Assembly: GCA_013375485.1 (NCBI GenBank)
Contig: JABXKB010000001.1
Coordinates: forward strand, 1-56,100
DNA from: Promethearchaeota archaeon
GTDB taxonomy: Archaea > Asgardarchaeota > Lokiarchaeia > Sigyniarchaeales > SOKP01
Reading direction: 5' to 3'
DNA length: 56,100 bases
Under the pieces are notes generated by a model. It saw nothing but the letters and a program-made list of their open reading frames with translations. It was not told where the DNA came from and searched no databases. Made by a program: the position numbers and the translations under genes. Positions 8,212-16,701 of this stretch are shown here, piece after piece (within the stretch, counting starts at the first letter, position 1; each line of letters opens with the position of its first letter).

Positions 8212-8886
8212 TTACATCCACCTTTTTACATGTTCTTCATATATTCTACGATTTGATCTAGTAGGACTGTTATAACGGGTCCACCAGTCAATTGGCTCGC
8301 GTTTTTTATAACCTCGTTGAAAATCGCGTAAAACTATGGCACCAGATTCTATGGAGTATTCTAAGTCTGTAGTTAATTGCTCAATATCAAAATCATATCT
8401 ATTGGCGGTTGTATAGTTAATTTGACTCATTCCAAAGTCAAAACAAATCTTGACTTTCTTAAACCTTTTAACTCCATTAACGCACCGATCAATCAACACA
8501 AAATCCCCATCTTGTAATGGATTTAAAAACATTCCATCTACTGTTTTAAATTTTTCAATACATTTACTTTTTTTCTCTGCAATTTCTTCATGACTTAATT
8601 CTGTAATTCCACTAGTACAATTCTTGGCACCCAAGTCATACTTAGATTCTTGCATTAAAATAGCTGTATATAGTCGCGCATCGATTTTATACCTTTTAGC
8701 AATTTTATAAATTATATTAGATATCTTAAACATTTTCTTTTTATTGACTTTATACGTTTTGCTTACCAATTTAAGTTTTTTAGCTGTTTTAAAATTGTTT
8801 AATATTTGACAGTATATCTTATTGCGTTTACAGTCTACGGCATATAAGGTGCTTGATAATATTAAAAATATTAGTACATGTCTCAT
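8212..8886 (-). CDS. secreted lytic transglycosylase (SLT domain)
   Basis: N-terminal signal peptide MRHVLIFLILSSTLYA; AILMQESKYD catalytic-Glu motif and FGMSQINY. Confidence 0.65.
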   Translation of the reverse strand: MRHVLIFLILSSTLYAVDCKRNKIYCQILNNFKTAKKLKLVSKTYKVNKKKMFKISNIIYKIAKRYKIDARLYTAILMQESKYDLGAKNCTSGITELSHEEIAEKKSKCIEKFKTVDGMFLNPLQDGDFVLIDRCVNGVKRFKKVKICFDFGMSQINYTTANRYDFDIEQLTTDLEYSIESGAIVLRDFQRGYKKREPIDWWTRYNSPTRSNRRIYEEHVKRWM

Positions 8887-9053
8887 CGCTTTTTCCTTCT
8901 ATCAATGTCTTCAATTATTTTTACTATCCACATGTTCACTAAACAAAATATCACCGCAACTACACTTAAAGTATTAACTTTAATATATAAAGCAAACATG
9001 TTTAATAGGCATAATATGAACCATCCCCAAAATCCAAATATAGGTTTTTTCAT
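8883..9053 (-). CDS. small membrane protein (56 aa)
   Basis: ATGA overlaps at both ends (9050-9053 and 8883-8886); SD GGGAG; two hydrophobic helices. Confidence 0.45.
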   Translation of the reverse strand: MKKPIFGFWGWFILCLLNMFALYIKVNTLSVVAVIFCLVNMWIVKIIEDIDRRKKR

Positions 9054-9250
9054 TTTAAGCTCCCTATAACTATAAGAAGAATTATGCTAATTATAATTAA
9101 AACTGCCAATGCAGCAGTAAAAATCAATGGACTTAATACCCAGAACCATGACCATGTAATTACGCCACCTAGCTTTAAGCCAATAAAAAGAATAGTTAAT
9201 AGTCCCCAAAAACCTATTCCACCGCCATTTACTTGAATCTTATCGCTCAT
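9050..9250 (-). CDS. small multi-TM membrane protein (holin-like candidate)
   Basis: 66 aa, almost entirely hydrophobic (GFWGLLTILFIGL..., LSPLIFTAALAVLIIISIILLIVI). Confidence 0.6.
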   Translation of the reverse strand: MSDKIQVNGGGIGFWGLLTILFIGLKLGGVITWSWFWVLSPLIFTAALAVLIIISIILLIVIGSLK

Positions 9251-9251
9251 A

Positions 9252-9401
9252 TTAAGTCTCCATCCAAATACAAAATAAACCTAACACTATCCATCCTATT
9301 CCTGTTGAACTATTGGTGATATACATACAAAAACTGCCGGCTACGCAAACAGCAATAGATGCTATACCTCTCGCTATACCTCTTGCTATATCTCTATCCA
9401 T
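9252..9401 (-). CDS. small membrane protein (49 aa)
   Basis: SD GGAGGAATA before ATG 9401 (TAATG overlap with upstream stop); hydrophobic core. Confidence 0.45.
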   Translation of the reverse strand: MDRDIARGIARGIASIAVCVAGSFCMYITNSSTGIGWIVLGLFCIWMET

Positions 9402-9787
9402 TATTCCTCCGCATCGCGCTCCCATAAAACTTCTTCTAAATTAGAAGTCCATTTACCATAACCATACCTTGTTTTTGTTAGTTTTTTCATTAACTGACCA
9501 GTTCTATTAAATAAATGTTGATAAACAAAAGTAGATTCTTTAACAGATTTTCCAGTTCTTTCACTAATGTAATTAGGGTTATATTTTTGCAAAGCAACTA
9601 ATACTTCAGTTTTTAAGTGCTGTCTAAAATCATTCATTGTCCAACCAGAATTACCTAATTGAACTTCACTATCATGTTTATTTAATGAAGCTTCGTTCCA
9701 ATTTTTTTGTACGTATTTCTGTAAATACATTTCTACCATAGCTTCATATTTTTTAATGTCTGCATTTGTTACTTTTCTCATTACCAT
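9401..9787 (-). CDS. sigma-70-family region-2-like protein (no region 4), candidate phage sigma factor
   Basis: YEAMVEMYLQKYV / TEVLVALQKYNPNY / STFVYQHLFNRTGQLMKKLTK resemble ECF sigma regions 2.1-2.4 (RpoE FNLLVVRYQHKV / VQEAFIKAYRALDSF / FYTWLYRIAVNTAKNYL). Confidence 0.4.
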   Translation of the reverse strand: MVMRKVTNADIKKYEAMVEMYLQKYVQKNWNEASLNKHDSEVQLGNSGWTMNDFRQHLKTEVLVALQKYNPNYISERTGKSVKESTFVYQHLFNRTGQLMKKLTKTRYGYGKWTSNLEEVLWERDAEE

Positions 9788-10302
9788 CTCCTCATTCTAC
9801 GACGACGGGCATTAGGTGTCTCGTATTTATCACTATATTTTGTATACAATACTTCCATAATTTTAAATGCGTTATTCATATGAAAATCATCGCCTTTATT
9901 TTCTTGTATGTATTTCCATAAATTATATATAACAACTTCTGTATCACTATTTTCTAAAAAGTTTGACTCATTTAACCACTTTCCAACTTTTGTTTTTAAT
10001 GGGTGTAATTTAGTACTATTTTCTTCGTATGTGTCAATGATATTTCTTCTCATTTCTGACCTAATTCTATAATATGCATTATCTGTATCAATAGTAAATT
10101 TAAGCATTGTAATGTCAAAGCGAAAATAAATATGATCTTCAATTATCTTACGTAGATGCTCATTGTCGACATTAACTGTGCACTTAAAATCGCCACGAGG
10201 AAAACGTAGGCTTGTTCTCCCGTGATAATCTTTGTATAGACATGGTGACCATATAGATTTTGGCGGTTCAACATCATTGATAATTTCTTTTATATAACTC
10301 AT
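9781..10302 (-). CDS. hypothetical protein
   Basis: 173-aa ORF overlapping both neighbours. Confidence 0.6.
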   Translation of the reverse strand: MSYIKEIINDVEPPKSIWSPCLYKDYHGRTSLRFPRGDFKCTVNVDNEHLRKIIEDHIYFRFDITMLKFTIDTDNAYYRIRSEMRRNIIDTYEENSTKLHPLKTKVGKWLNESNFLENSDTEVVIYNLWKYIQENKGDDFHMNNAFKIMEVLYTKYSDKYETPNARRRRMRRW

Positions 10303-11036
10303 ACCTCCTCCTCATCAATAGAATAAATGGGATTTTCTGTTTTATGGGTTAACATTTTAAATTTACAGAAATTAACTAATGCAGCACCATTACCAGTCTT
10401 TAAATACAGTATAATCCACTTTACAACTTTATTAGATAACTCTACGTCTCTAATATTCCATTCATTATTTTTCATTATTTCACCTAATGCACTATATAGT
10501 CCACGAAGTTTTTGTCTAGCAGATCTTTTCTTTCTAACTTCTGATAAGCCTATATGATCTATTATTTCATTAATACGCTCAACCGGTATATCTCTCCAAT
10601 TATATAACAATTGTCTGAAATTACCAAGTTCGTGACTACCAAGTAATTTTAAGGCGTCTTTTTCTTCAAAACGCTCTCGTATTTTAAATATCCTTATTTG
10701 TATTCCATCACTTGTTTTATTTTCTAAATCTAAAACTGCATTTTCATCAATATTAAATTCTATATCAAAGCTTTCAATCAACTGATTACGGTCTTCCCAT
10801 CGTATTGAATTATAATCATCGAGCTCTTTTGCCATTAAAAGCTTTATTATATTTTCTTTTGTTATGCTGGCAGGTCCATCCCAACCATTACTTACTAATT
10901 TTAGTATTGTCTTATTATCTAGCGTAAACTCATTTGGCAATTTTGCCAATTTTTCATCTAAAGGATTAAAAACTGGCTCACAAAGCTTTGATACAAAATC
11001 CATATCATCAAAAACTTTGTCGTCAAAAATACCCAT
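10299..11036 (-). CDS. hypothetical protein
   Basis: 245-aa ORF; SD AAGGAGA before ATG 11036; first gene after motif copy 2. Confidence 0.65.
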   Translation of the reverse strand: MGIFDDKVFDDMDFVSKLCEPVFNPLDEKLAKLPNEFTLDNKTILKLVSNGWDGPASITKENIIKLLMAKELDDYNSIRWEDRNQLIESFDIEFNIDENAVLDLENKTSDGIQIRIFKIRERFEEKDALKLLGSHELGNFRQLLYNWRDIPVERINEIIDHIGLSEVRKKRSARQKLRGLYSALGEIMKNNEWNIRDVELSNKVVKWIILYLKTGNGAALVNFCKFKMLTHKTENPIYSIDEEEV

Positions 11037-11078
11037 ATTGTCTCCTTAATAAATATCCAAAATAATTACATTAAAAAA

Positions 11079-11089
11079 TCGAATCGGTT
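11079..11089 (-). promoter_or_regulatory. AACCGATTCGAT-class intergenic motif, copy 2
   Basis: minus-sense TTAAACCGATTCGATTTTTT; overlaps stop codon of 11089..11685, 43 nt before ATG 11036. Confidence 0.55.
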
Positions 11090-11685
11090 TAATTATCAAA
11101 GCAAAATATAAGTCTTGCCTTTAATTTAGTTGGATTGTTCGGTTTAAGTAAAATTTGTATGGCATTGTGTTTATCTTGTTCATGTTTAATGTAGTCTAAA
11201 ATAGACACCCATTTCATAGGTCTTTCTTCTATAGGAATTGTAGACCGATCATAGAAACACGATGCTGCTTTACCTAACCACTTTAAATAATCTGTTGGCA
11301 TATCCCATTCATTAAGCGCAACTCCCCGTGTTGTAAGATGCTTACATTCACGCTCTTGCCAACAATATAAGCGCCTTAAAGATTCTTTAAACTCTTCCGG
11401 TGTTAACCATGAATGACTATGGAAATCCCAACCGCTATCAAAATGTATTTCATTAGCAAGATCAACAGAAACATCTTTTGGCACTCCACGACATTTCCAT
11501 TTAAAGGGGCTATCAGATCTTACGTTGGCCAATATACCAAATAAACCATAATGTCTTCCGGTTGCTGAAATTTCTCGCATTACTTTCCATGTGCCATCTT
11601 TTTGAATAGTGTGATGGCGATCAAGCCGCCACTTACTTTCACCTTCTTCGCGCCATTCTATGTACATATGTATATCACAACCCAT
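11089..11685 (-). CDS. hypothetical protein
   Basis: 198-aa ORF (MGCDIHMYIEW...), ATGA-type abutment with upstream gene. Confidence 0.65.
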   Translation of the reverse strand: MGCDIHMYIEWREEGESKWRLDRHHTIQKDGTWKVMREISATGRHYGLFGILANVRSDSPFKWKCRGVPKDVSVDLANEIHFDSGWDFHSHSWLTPEEFKESLRRLYCWQERECKHLTTRGVALNEWDMPTDYLKWLGKAASCFYDRSTIPIEERPMKWVSILDYIKHEQDKHNAIQILLKPNNPTKLKARLIFCFDN

Positions 11686-11972
11686 TATTTGCCTTCTACA
11701 ACATACCCAAGTTCTCTAGCTTTAGTTAAAGATAAGTCACCCTTTTTCTCGCCTTCACGGCGAGTTCTTTGATAACCAATCTTATCAAAGGCAACAAAGC
11801 GTCCAGTTGGTATTACTATTTGGTAAACAGTTCCCTCATCGTCTTGGAAATGTCCATCTACACCCAATTCATCCGCTACGGCTTGAGTGGCTTCAGCAAG
11901 TTCTTCAAAGTATTTCTTAATCTCGTTTTTCTTTTTTTCTAATTCAATGAATTGTTTTTGAGCATCAGTCAT
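11685..11972 (-). CDS. hypothetical protein
   Basis: 95-aa ORF in operon. Confidence 0.6.
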   Translation of the reverse strand: MTDAQKQFIELEKKKNEIKKYFEELAEATQAVADELGVDGHFQDDEGTVYQIVIPTGRFVAFDKIGYQRTRREGEKKGDLSLTKARELGYVVEGK

Positions 11973-12165
11973 TATTGACCTCCTTATTATTAGCCTTTTT
12001 TCTGGCGTCTGTCCACTCTTCTTCAGGTAGGTTTAACCATGCTTGATATTTTGCATCTCTTTCTGCTTTTGCTTTTTTCTTTTCTTCTTTTAAGCGCCTT
12101 TTATTTTTACTTGCATTCAAGCGTACCTGCTTTAATTCTGACTTTCTACTTTTAGATTTCCTCAT
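11965..12165 (-). CDS. highly basic small protein
   Basis: 66 aa, Lys/Arg-rich. Confidence 0.5.
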   Translation of the reverse strand: MRKSKSRKSELKQVRLNASKNKRRLKEEKKKAKAERDAKYQAWLNLPEEEWTDARKKANNKEVNND

Positions 12166-12836
12166 GCATTTCCTCCATTGTCATTATCGTCATCATCCCA
12201 ACCTTTAATTTTTTCATCCAAATCTTTATCGCCATCTATTACAAAGAATTGACCATGCTGCCTAATATTATCTTTATGTACCTTAGTTCCATGTGTTTTT
12301 GCTGCCGCTTCTATATCTTTTGCCAATCTTTTGATTCTTTCTTGTACAGAATTTTTTTCATCGTAGTCTTTGTAAAGATCATTGGCCTCTTTATTAATAT
12401 CTTTAGTTTGCTGTAACATTTCCGATAATTTCATTGTTTCTACTTTACCATCGTCTTTTCTAACTTTAACATTAAAATCAAAGCCATCTTTTAATATGGT
12501 TTCCATAATACGAATCTTATCGATCTCTAATTCTTTATATTCATGCAATAAACCATTTTTATAGTTTGAATGTCCTGCATTTGCGCTTGGTTTTTGCAAT
12601 TCATCACTTATTTCTTGCTGTCGATCAAAGATTTCATGTAGTTTCTTTAGTGTTGTTCTTGCTTCTTGTTCTACTTTTTCAACTTCGTTTTTAAATTTGG
12701 CCTCAAAATTCTTTAACTCTTGTTTTGCTTTTTTGTGGCGTCGTAACCCTAAAACATATAAAATTATAATGGCGGTTAAACATCCGCATCCAAAACCCGC
12801 ACCAAAAAATACTAACCCTAAAGTGTTCAACATCAT
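12162..12836 (-). CDS. N-terminally membrane-anchored coiled-coil protein
   Basis: TM LGLVFFGAGFGCGCLTAIIILYVLGL followed by long charged helices and acidic tail. Confidence 0.65.
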   Translation of the reverse strand: MMLNTLGLVFFGAGFGCGCLTAIIILYVLGLRRHKKAKQELKNFEAKFKNEVEKVEQEARTTLKKLHEIFDRQQEISDELQKPSANAGHSNYKNGLLHEYKELEIDKIRIMETILKDGFDFNVKVRKDDGKVETMKLSEMLQQTKDINKEANDLYKDYDEKNSVQERIKRLAKDIEAAAKTHGTKVHKDNIRQHGQFFVIDGDKDLDEKIKGWDDDDNDNGGNA

Positions 12837-13000
12837 TGAATTTCCTCCCTATGCTATTAAATGATATGTGTGATATATATAACTACCGTTTTTTCTTAAA
12901 ACGGCTTGAGCCTTATGTCTACTCCAACTAAAGTGCCGCAAAAGACAAAAATATTCATACGTTATTTGATTACTTGCTGTACATCGCCCCATAAACTTTC

Positions 13001-13222
13001 CTATTCTATGTCTACTTTTAAAATACCAGGATTACCAATCTTTTCAAAAACTTTAAATCCATAGTCTTTCAACAACTTAATTAATACCTGTTTTATTTTG
13101 CCTTGACCAGTTATGAATTGACAGTGATACATAACTCCACAAGATCGAGCATCATCAACTAATTTATTAACTTCTCGCTTAGAACTTTCTACTGTTTGTC
13201 CATGAAAATCAATTATTGGCAT
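13001..13222 (-). CDS. stand-alone Smr (small MutS-related) domain protein
   Basis: IDFHGQTVESSKREVNKLV ... ITGQGKIKQVLIKLL fits Smr DLHG ... HGKG pattern; 73 aa. Confidence 0.5.
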   Translation of the reverse strand: MPIIDFHGQTVESSKREVNKLVDDARSCGVMYHCQFITGQGKIKQVLIKLLKDYGFKVFEKIGNPGILKVDIE

Positions 13223-13382
13223 CGATTACTCCCAATGTTTTCAATAAGATTATTAATGCTTGTTTTTCTCTTAAAAATCGATTTTTTCTAAGTTCTCGCA
13301 TTGCCTTTTTATAATGATAATTTTCATACGCAATTAACAATAAAGGCGTAATTAATATACAAATTGCAAACCACTCAAACAT
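13209..13382 (-). CDS. small membrane protein (57 aa)
   Basis: SD GGAGA before ATG 13382; N-terminal TM FAICILITPLLLIAY; overlaps Smr gene start by 14 nt. Confidence 0.4.
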   Translation of the reverse strand: MFEWFAICILITPLLLIAYENYHYKKAMRELRKNRFLREKQALIILLKTLGVIDANN

Positions 13383-13391
13383 TTAATCTCC

Positions 13392-13419
13392 ATAAAAATA
13401 GGGACCACTTAATGGCCCC
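13392..13419 (-). terminator. hairpin plus U-run (terminator/attenuator) between motif copy 3 and next gene
   Basis: minus-sense GGGGCCA-TTAAG-TGGTCCC (one G-U pair) followed by TATTTTTAT. Confidence 0.5.
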
Positions 13420-13463
13420 CAACATTAAAAATTATTTATGAGGATTTATTCTCTGATAATATA

Positions 13464-13474
13464 TCGAATCGGTT
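13464..13474 (-). promoter_or_regulatory. AACCGATTCGAT-class intergenic motif, copy 3
   Basis: minus-sense CTGAAACCGATTCGATATAT; 5 nt after stop of 13479..14516, 82 nt before ATG 13382. Confidence 0.55.
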
Positions 13475-13478
13475 TCAG

Positions 13479-14516
13479 TTAAGAGTTTAATATCGCTTTT
13501 ATTAATTCTAAACCATTGATTTCCAATGCTTTTTCTAGTTCATCGTTACCGTTATCAATAGCGTGCGCTCGAAGCAGTGTCAAGAAGTCATCGGGAGTTA
13601 TTGACTTATTCATTTTTTTATGCTTTAAGGCCCCTTGAAGTCCATACTTACGAAAAACGCCAGTATTTAAGTTATCGTGTATATCTAGATGACTTTCATT
13701 TTCAGCCAACTTTTCTTTATCTTTATAGGATACTATCTCCATGGGTTTACCTGACCAATGTTCAGATACTAATTTTCTAAGTGTTGCTGTAGCGGGGTGA
13801 TTTGGATTATTTAATATATCAGTGTGACCACGAATTGAATTCTCACCACTATGACCTACACCTATCCATCCTTCTTTATGGCCGGGCGTTGTATCATAGT
13901 CATCTGGATGATCATATTCATCATTCCAATCGCCAGGTTTTCCTTGTATTCCCATTAAAAAAGCATTATGATTTTCATTTGGTTTCATGGCGTGAAATTC
14001 ACCTTTTGGAGAAATCCAGCCGTGTAACGTGTTTAAATCACTGCGCATTTTACCTGTTCCACTTAAATCATACTGCTCTTTAATTAACTCTTCATCGAAC
14101 TCAATCATCATCTTTTTCATGCGTTTACGCCAATTTGCAAGTTTTTTAGAGTCAACTTTGTGACGACCACGATTTAACTTTTCTGGAACAGCTCTTGTAT
14201 TTGATGCCGCATAACCCCTTGAATTGTCTTTGCGATCTGGGGATAGCTTTTGCCCTGTCTTTTTCTCGGCACTTTGTATTTGCTTAACAATTGACTTACG
14301 GTTACCGCGCCCAGAACTTTTTTTAGAAGCAGTACCATTTTTACCATCTTGCCTGCGAAGTGCATCGTCCGCTTTTGTTTGTGCTCTCTGAGCGGAACCG
14401 GGTGTTTTCTTAGCGATTCTTAGTTTCTTAAGACAGCTTTTACACCTACCACCTTTAGTAGATACAGTATTTGAACACCTAACACATTTATGTTTTTCTA
14501 ATTTTTCCATACTCAT
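13479..14516 (-). CDS. hypothetical protein with N-terminal zinc ribbon and long basic region
   Basis: CVRCSN...GRCKSCLKK then Lys/Arg-rich ~120 aa, globular C-terminal half. Confidence 0.7.
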   Translation of the reverse strand: MSMEKLEKHKCVRCSNTVSTKGGRCKSCLKKLRIAKKTPGSAQRAQTKADDALRRQDGKNGTASKKSSGRGNRKSIVKQIQSAEKKTGQKLSPDRKDNSRGYAASNTRAVPEKLNRGRHKVDSKKLANWRKRMKKMMIEFDEELIKEQYDLSGTGKMRSDLNTLHGWISPKGEFHAMKPNENHNAFLMGIQGKPGDWNDEYDHPDDYDTTPGHKEGWIGVGHSGENSIRGHTDILNNPNHPATATLRKLVSEHWSGKPMEIVSYKDKEKLAENESHLDIHDNLNTGVFRKYGLQGALKHKKMNKSITPDDFLTLLRAHAIDNGNDELEKALEINGLELIKAILNS

Positions 14517-14538
14517 ATTATACCATGAACTGCGCTTA

Positions 14539-15003
14539 TTAAATTACTAATATGCCACTACGTTCACCAAGCGTAACATTTTGTAATTGTTCCATGTTAG
14601 GAAATTGTGGTTTATCGCCTTCTGGCTTAAAATATTCAGGATAACAATCTGGATCTTTCTCCAATTCTTGTTCTTGCCATTTTTCATGATCTCGTAGTTC
14701 TTTAATGGTATAAAATGGACTGCCAAAATTAGATATTAAAACTTGATTTGTTTCTATATCGTAGCAATACGCATAATCGGTAGTATTTGAATCTTCCCAT
14801 GGCCATGGCCAACCATGCATATTAGGCAAAGAAACATCGTCTCTTTGATCTAAAAATAACTTAAGTTCTTTCATAAAAAGGTTTGGTGTGTTGGCTTGTA
14901 ATAAATTGTCAGGAAGTCCATCTTCGTAACCGTCATAGGATGTAGATCCTAAATACCTGTATTCTTGATCTTTTTTAATATAGTAATCAGCTCTCGTCCC
15001 CAT
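14539..15003 (-). CDS. hypothetical protein
   Basis: 154-aa ORF. Confidence 0.65.
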   Translation of the reverse strand: MGTRADYYIKKDQEYRYLGSTSYDGYEDGLPDNLLQANTPNLFMKELKLFLDQRDDVSLPNMHGWPWPWEDSNTTDYAYCYDIETNQVLISNFGSPFYTIKELRDHEKWQEQELEKDPDCYPEYFKPEGDKPQFPNMEQLQNVTLGERSGILVI

Positions 15004-15011
15004 TATTCCCC

Positions 15012-15521
15012 CTACTTCTTGTTCAGGATTGCTTTCTCAAACGCTTCATCTTTTAGCCATTCTTTATATGCATCAGCGACATCATCATTATCCCACCATT
15101 GCCAATCTCGATTCACGTGCATAGCAAAATGATAACATGGCAATTCTTTTATGTGATAAACACACATGGCAGAATCTGTAAAAACTGCAATTGATTCTCT
15201 AAACCACACTTCTATTTTTCTATCGTTTATATAATTTACATAGTCTGCATCACGCGTTGGTATTTTAGGGGTTTTAGTGGGAGCACCCAAGTTTTCCTCA
15301 TTCACAAAATTATATTTAACCCAACACTCTATATGGTCATAATCTTCCCAATCATCAAAGTCATATTCTTCAACTAATTCATATATATAGTTATTAAGAT
15401 CCACTATTTGTCTGGCAACTTCTAAAGTTGATTTTTTACTTGATAGTTTCTTTTTAGGTGTACTATTTCTCCCTCTTGCCTTACAGTTTCCCATAATATT
15501 TTCCTTTCCGCAAACAATCAA
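15012..15521 (-). CDS. hypothetical protein with FEKAIL-type C-terminal tail
   Basis: ends AYKEWLKDEAFEKAILNKK; start may be internal (MGNCKARG). Confidence 0.6.
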   Translation of the reverse strand: MIVCGKENIMGNCKARGRNSTPKKKLSSKKSTLEVARQIVDLNNYIYELVEEYDFDDWEDYDHIECWVKYNFVNEENLGAPTKTPKIPTRDADYVNYINDRKIEVWFRESIAVFTDSAMCVYHIKELPCYHFAMHVNRDWQWWDNDDVADAYKEWLKDEAFEKAILNKK

Positions 15522-16054
15522 TCATCTTTATATTCTCCTACAAGAACAATTTTTTCTAATTCTTGATCTACATGATATTTATTTATTTCTTCTTGAATTA
15601 TTGCCGTTAGACAATCTGGTATTTCGCAGCCCTCAATGCACCACTTTAAATCTTCCCACCTACCACCTCCCCAAGTCGATACATATATAAGCATATCACT
15701 AAGCGGCATTACAGGGACAGCGTGGTATATATAATTATTCAAACCTATTTTATGCTCTTTCCACCACATTTTTAAAGTATGTATATCGTCGTAATTATCG
15801 CATGCTGTTCTATGTACATCTGGTGTCCTTTTAGGTTCGCGTGGATGCGCAGAAAGTTTTTTGTGGCGATTAAGTACTTGTTTATAATACCACATTAGAT
15901 CTTCTTTTACGGCATCAATCAACTCGTGAATGCTTTCTAGCGCATAACTACAATCACCAAATCGCTCATACATTTTTTTAGCCGCATTTCTTAAAATTTC
16001 AAGTTCGCCATCACAACCTTGATCTAGTTTTTTAAGTTTTTTAGGTAAATTCAT
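15518..16054 (-). CDS. hypothetical protein
   Basis: 178-aa ORF, ATGA overlap downstream. Confidence 0.65.
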   Translation of the reverse strand: MNLPKKLKKLDQGCDGELEILRNAAKKMYERFGDCSYALESIHELIDAVKEDLMWYYKQVLNRHKKLSAHPREPKRTPDVHRTACDNYDDIHTLKMWWKEHKIGLNNYIYHAVPVMPLSDMLIYVSTWGGGRWEDLKWCIEGCEIPDCLTAIIQEEINKYHVDQELEKIVLVGEYKDD

Positions 16055-16073
16055 ACTATCAAAACCTTCTTAT

Positions 16074-16700
16074 TTATTGTTGCGCCATTGGACAATCGTC
16101 CGGCATTATAGAACCGTCTCCAACGCTCTTTTTGCTTATGCCACAATCATAACAATTATCATGTATTCTTTCTCCATGTAAACAATTACAACAATTATTA
16201 ATAATTTTATTTTCTTTTTTGCTTAAAAAAACGTCTTCAAAAGCTTGGTCAAATTTCCATTTATAATATTTTTTAGCGATTCGTTCTGCCTTATCGTAAT
16301 CATAGTAATCTTCTAATAATAACCACTTATTGTGGCAATATATCGCCAATCTTTCAAAAGGCAATTCTGCTATATGATAAATCGTTATTTGCAAAGCACC
16401 CGAATCATTTAGGTCGCGTTCAGCTAAAAGCTTATCTTTAGTCCAAATAAAATCATACTTGCCACAATCATTTTTAACTTTAAAGGTTGGTGCTTTAAGT
16501 GGCATTTCAGGGATTTTAACGGGTTTTTTTATAAGTCGAAGTACGTTTAACTCAAGAAAATCTGAAATAAACTCCTCAGTCTCTTCACAAACTATAAAAT
16601 ATTTCAAATCATATTGTTCTTCTATTGCCTTTATTTCTAGATATTTTTGTGCTATTAAATTAACAGCGTCTATATTTATTTTAGGTTTTTTATTTGCCAT
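16074..16700 (-). CDS. hypothetical protein with Cys-rich C-terminal extension
   Basis: KYYKWKFDQAFEDVFL tail followed by CCNCLHGERIHDNCYDCG. Confidence 0.65.
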   Translation of the reverse strand: MANKKPKINIDAVNLIAQKYLEIKAIEEQYDLKYFIVCEETEEFISDFLELNVLRLIKKPVKIPEMPLKAPTFKVKNDCGKYDFIWTKDKLLAERDLNDSGALQITIYHIAELPFERLAIYCHNKWLLLEDYYDYDKAERIAKKYYKWKFDQAFEDVFLSKKENKIINNCCNCLHGERIHDNCYDCGISKKSVGDGSIMPDDCPMAQQ

Positions 16701-16701
16701 A

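Noticed and set aside
12849-12992. A 47-aa minus-strand ORF in the gap between the Smr gene and 12162..12836.
   Set aside because: It has a weak SD and random-looking composition, and it contains an AT-rich hairpin (12887-12907). The support is not enough to call it a gene.
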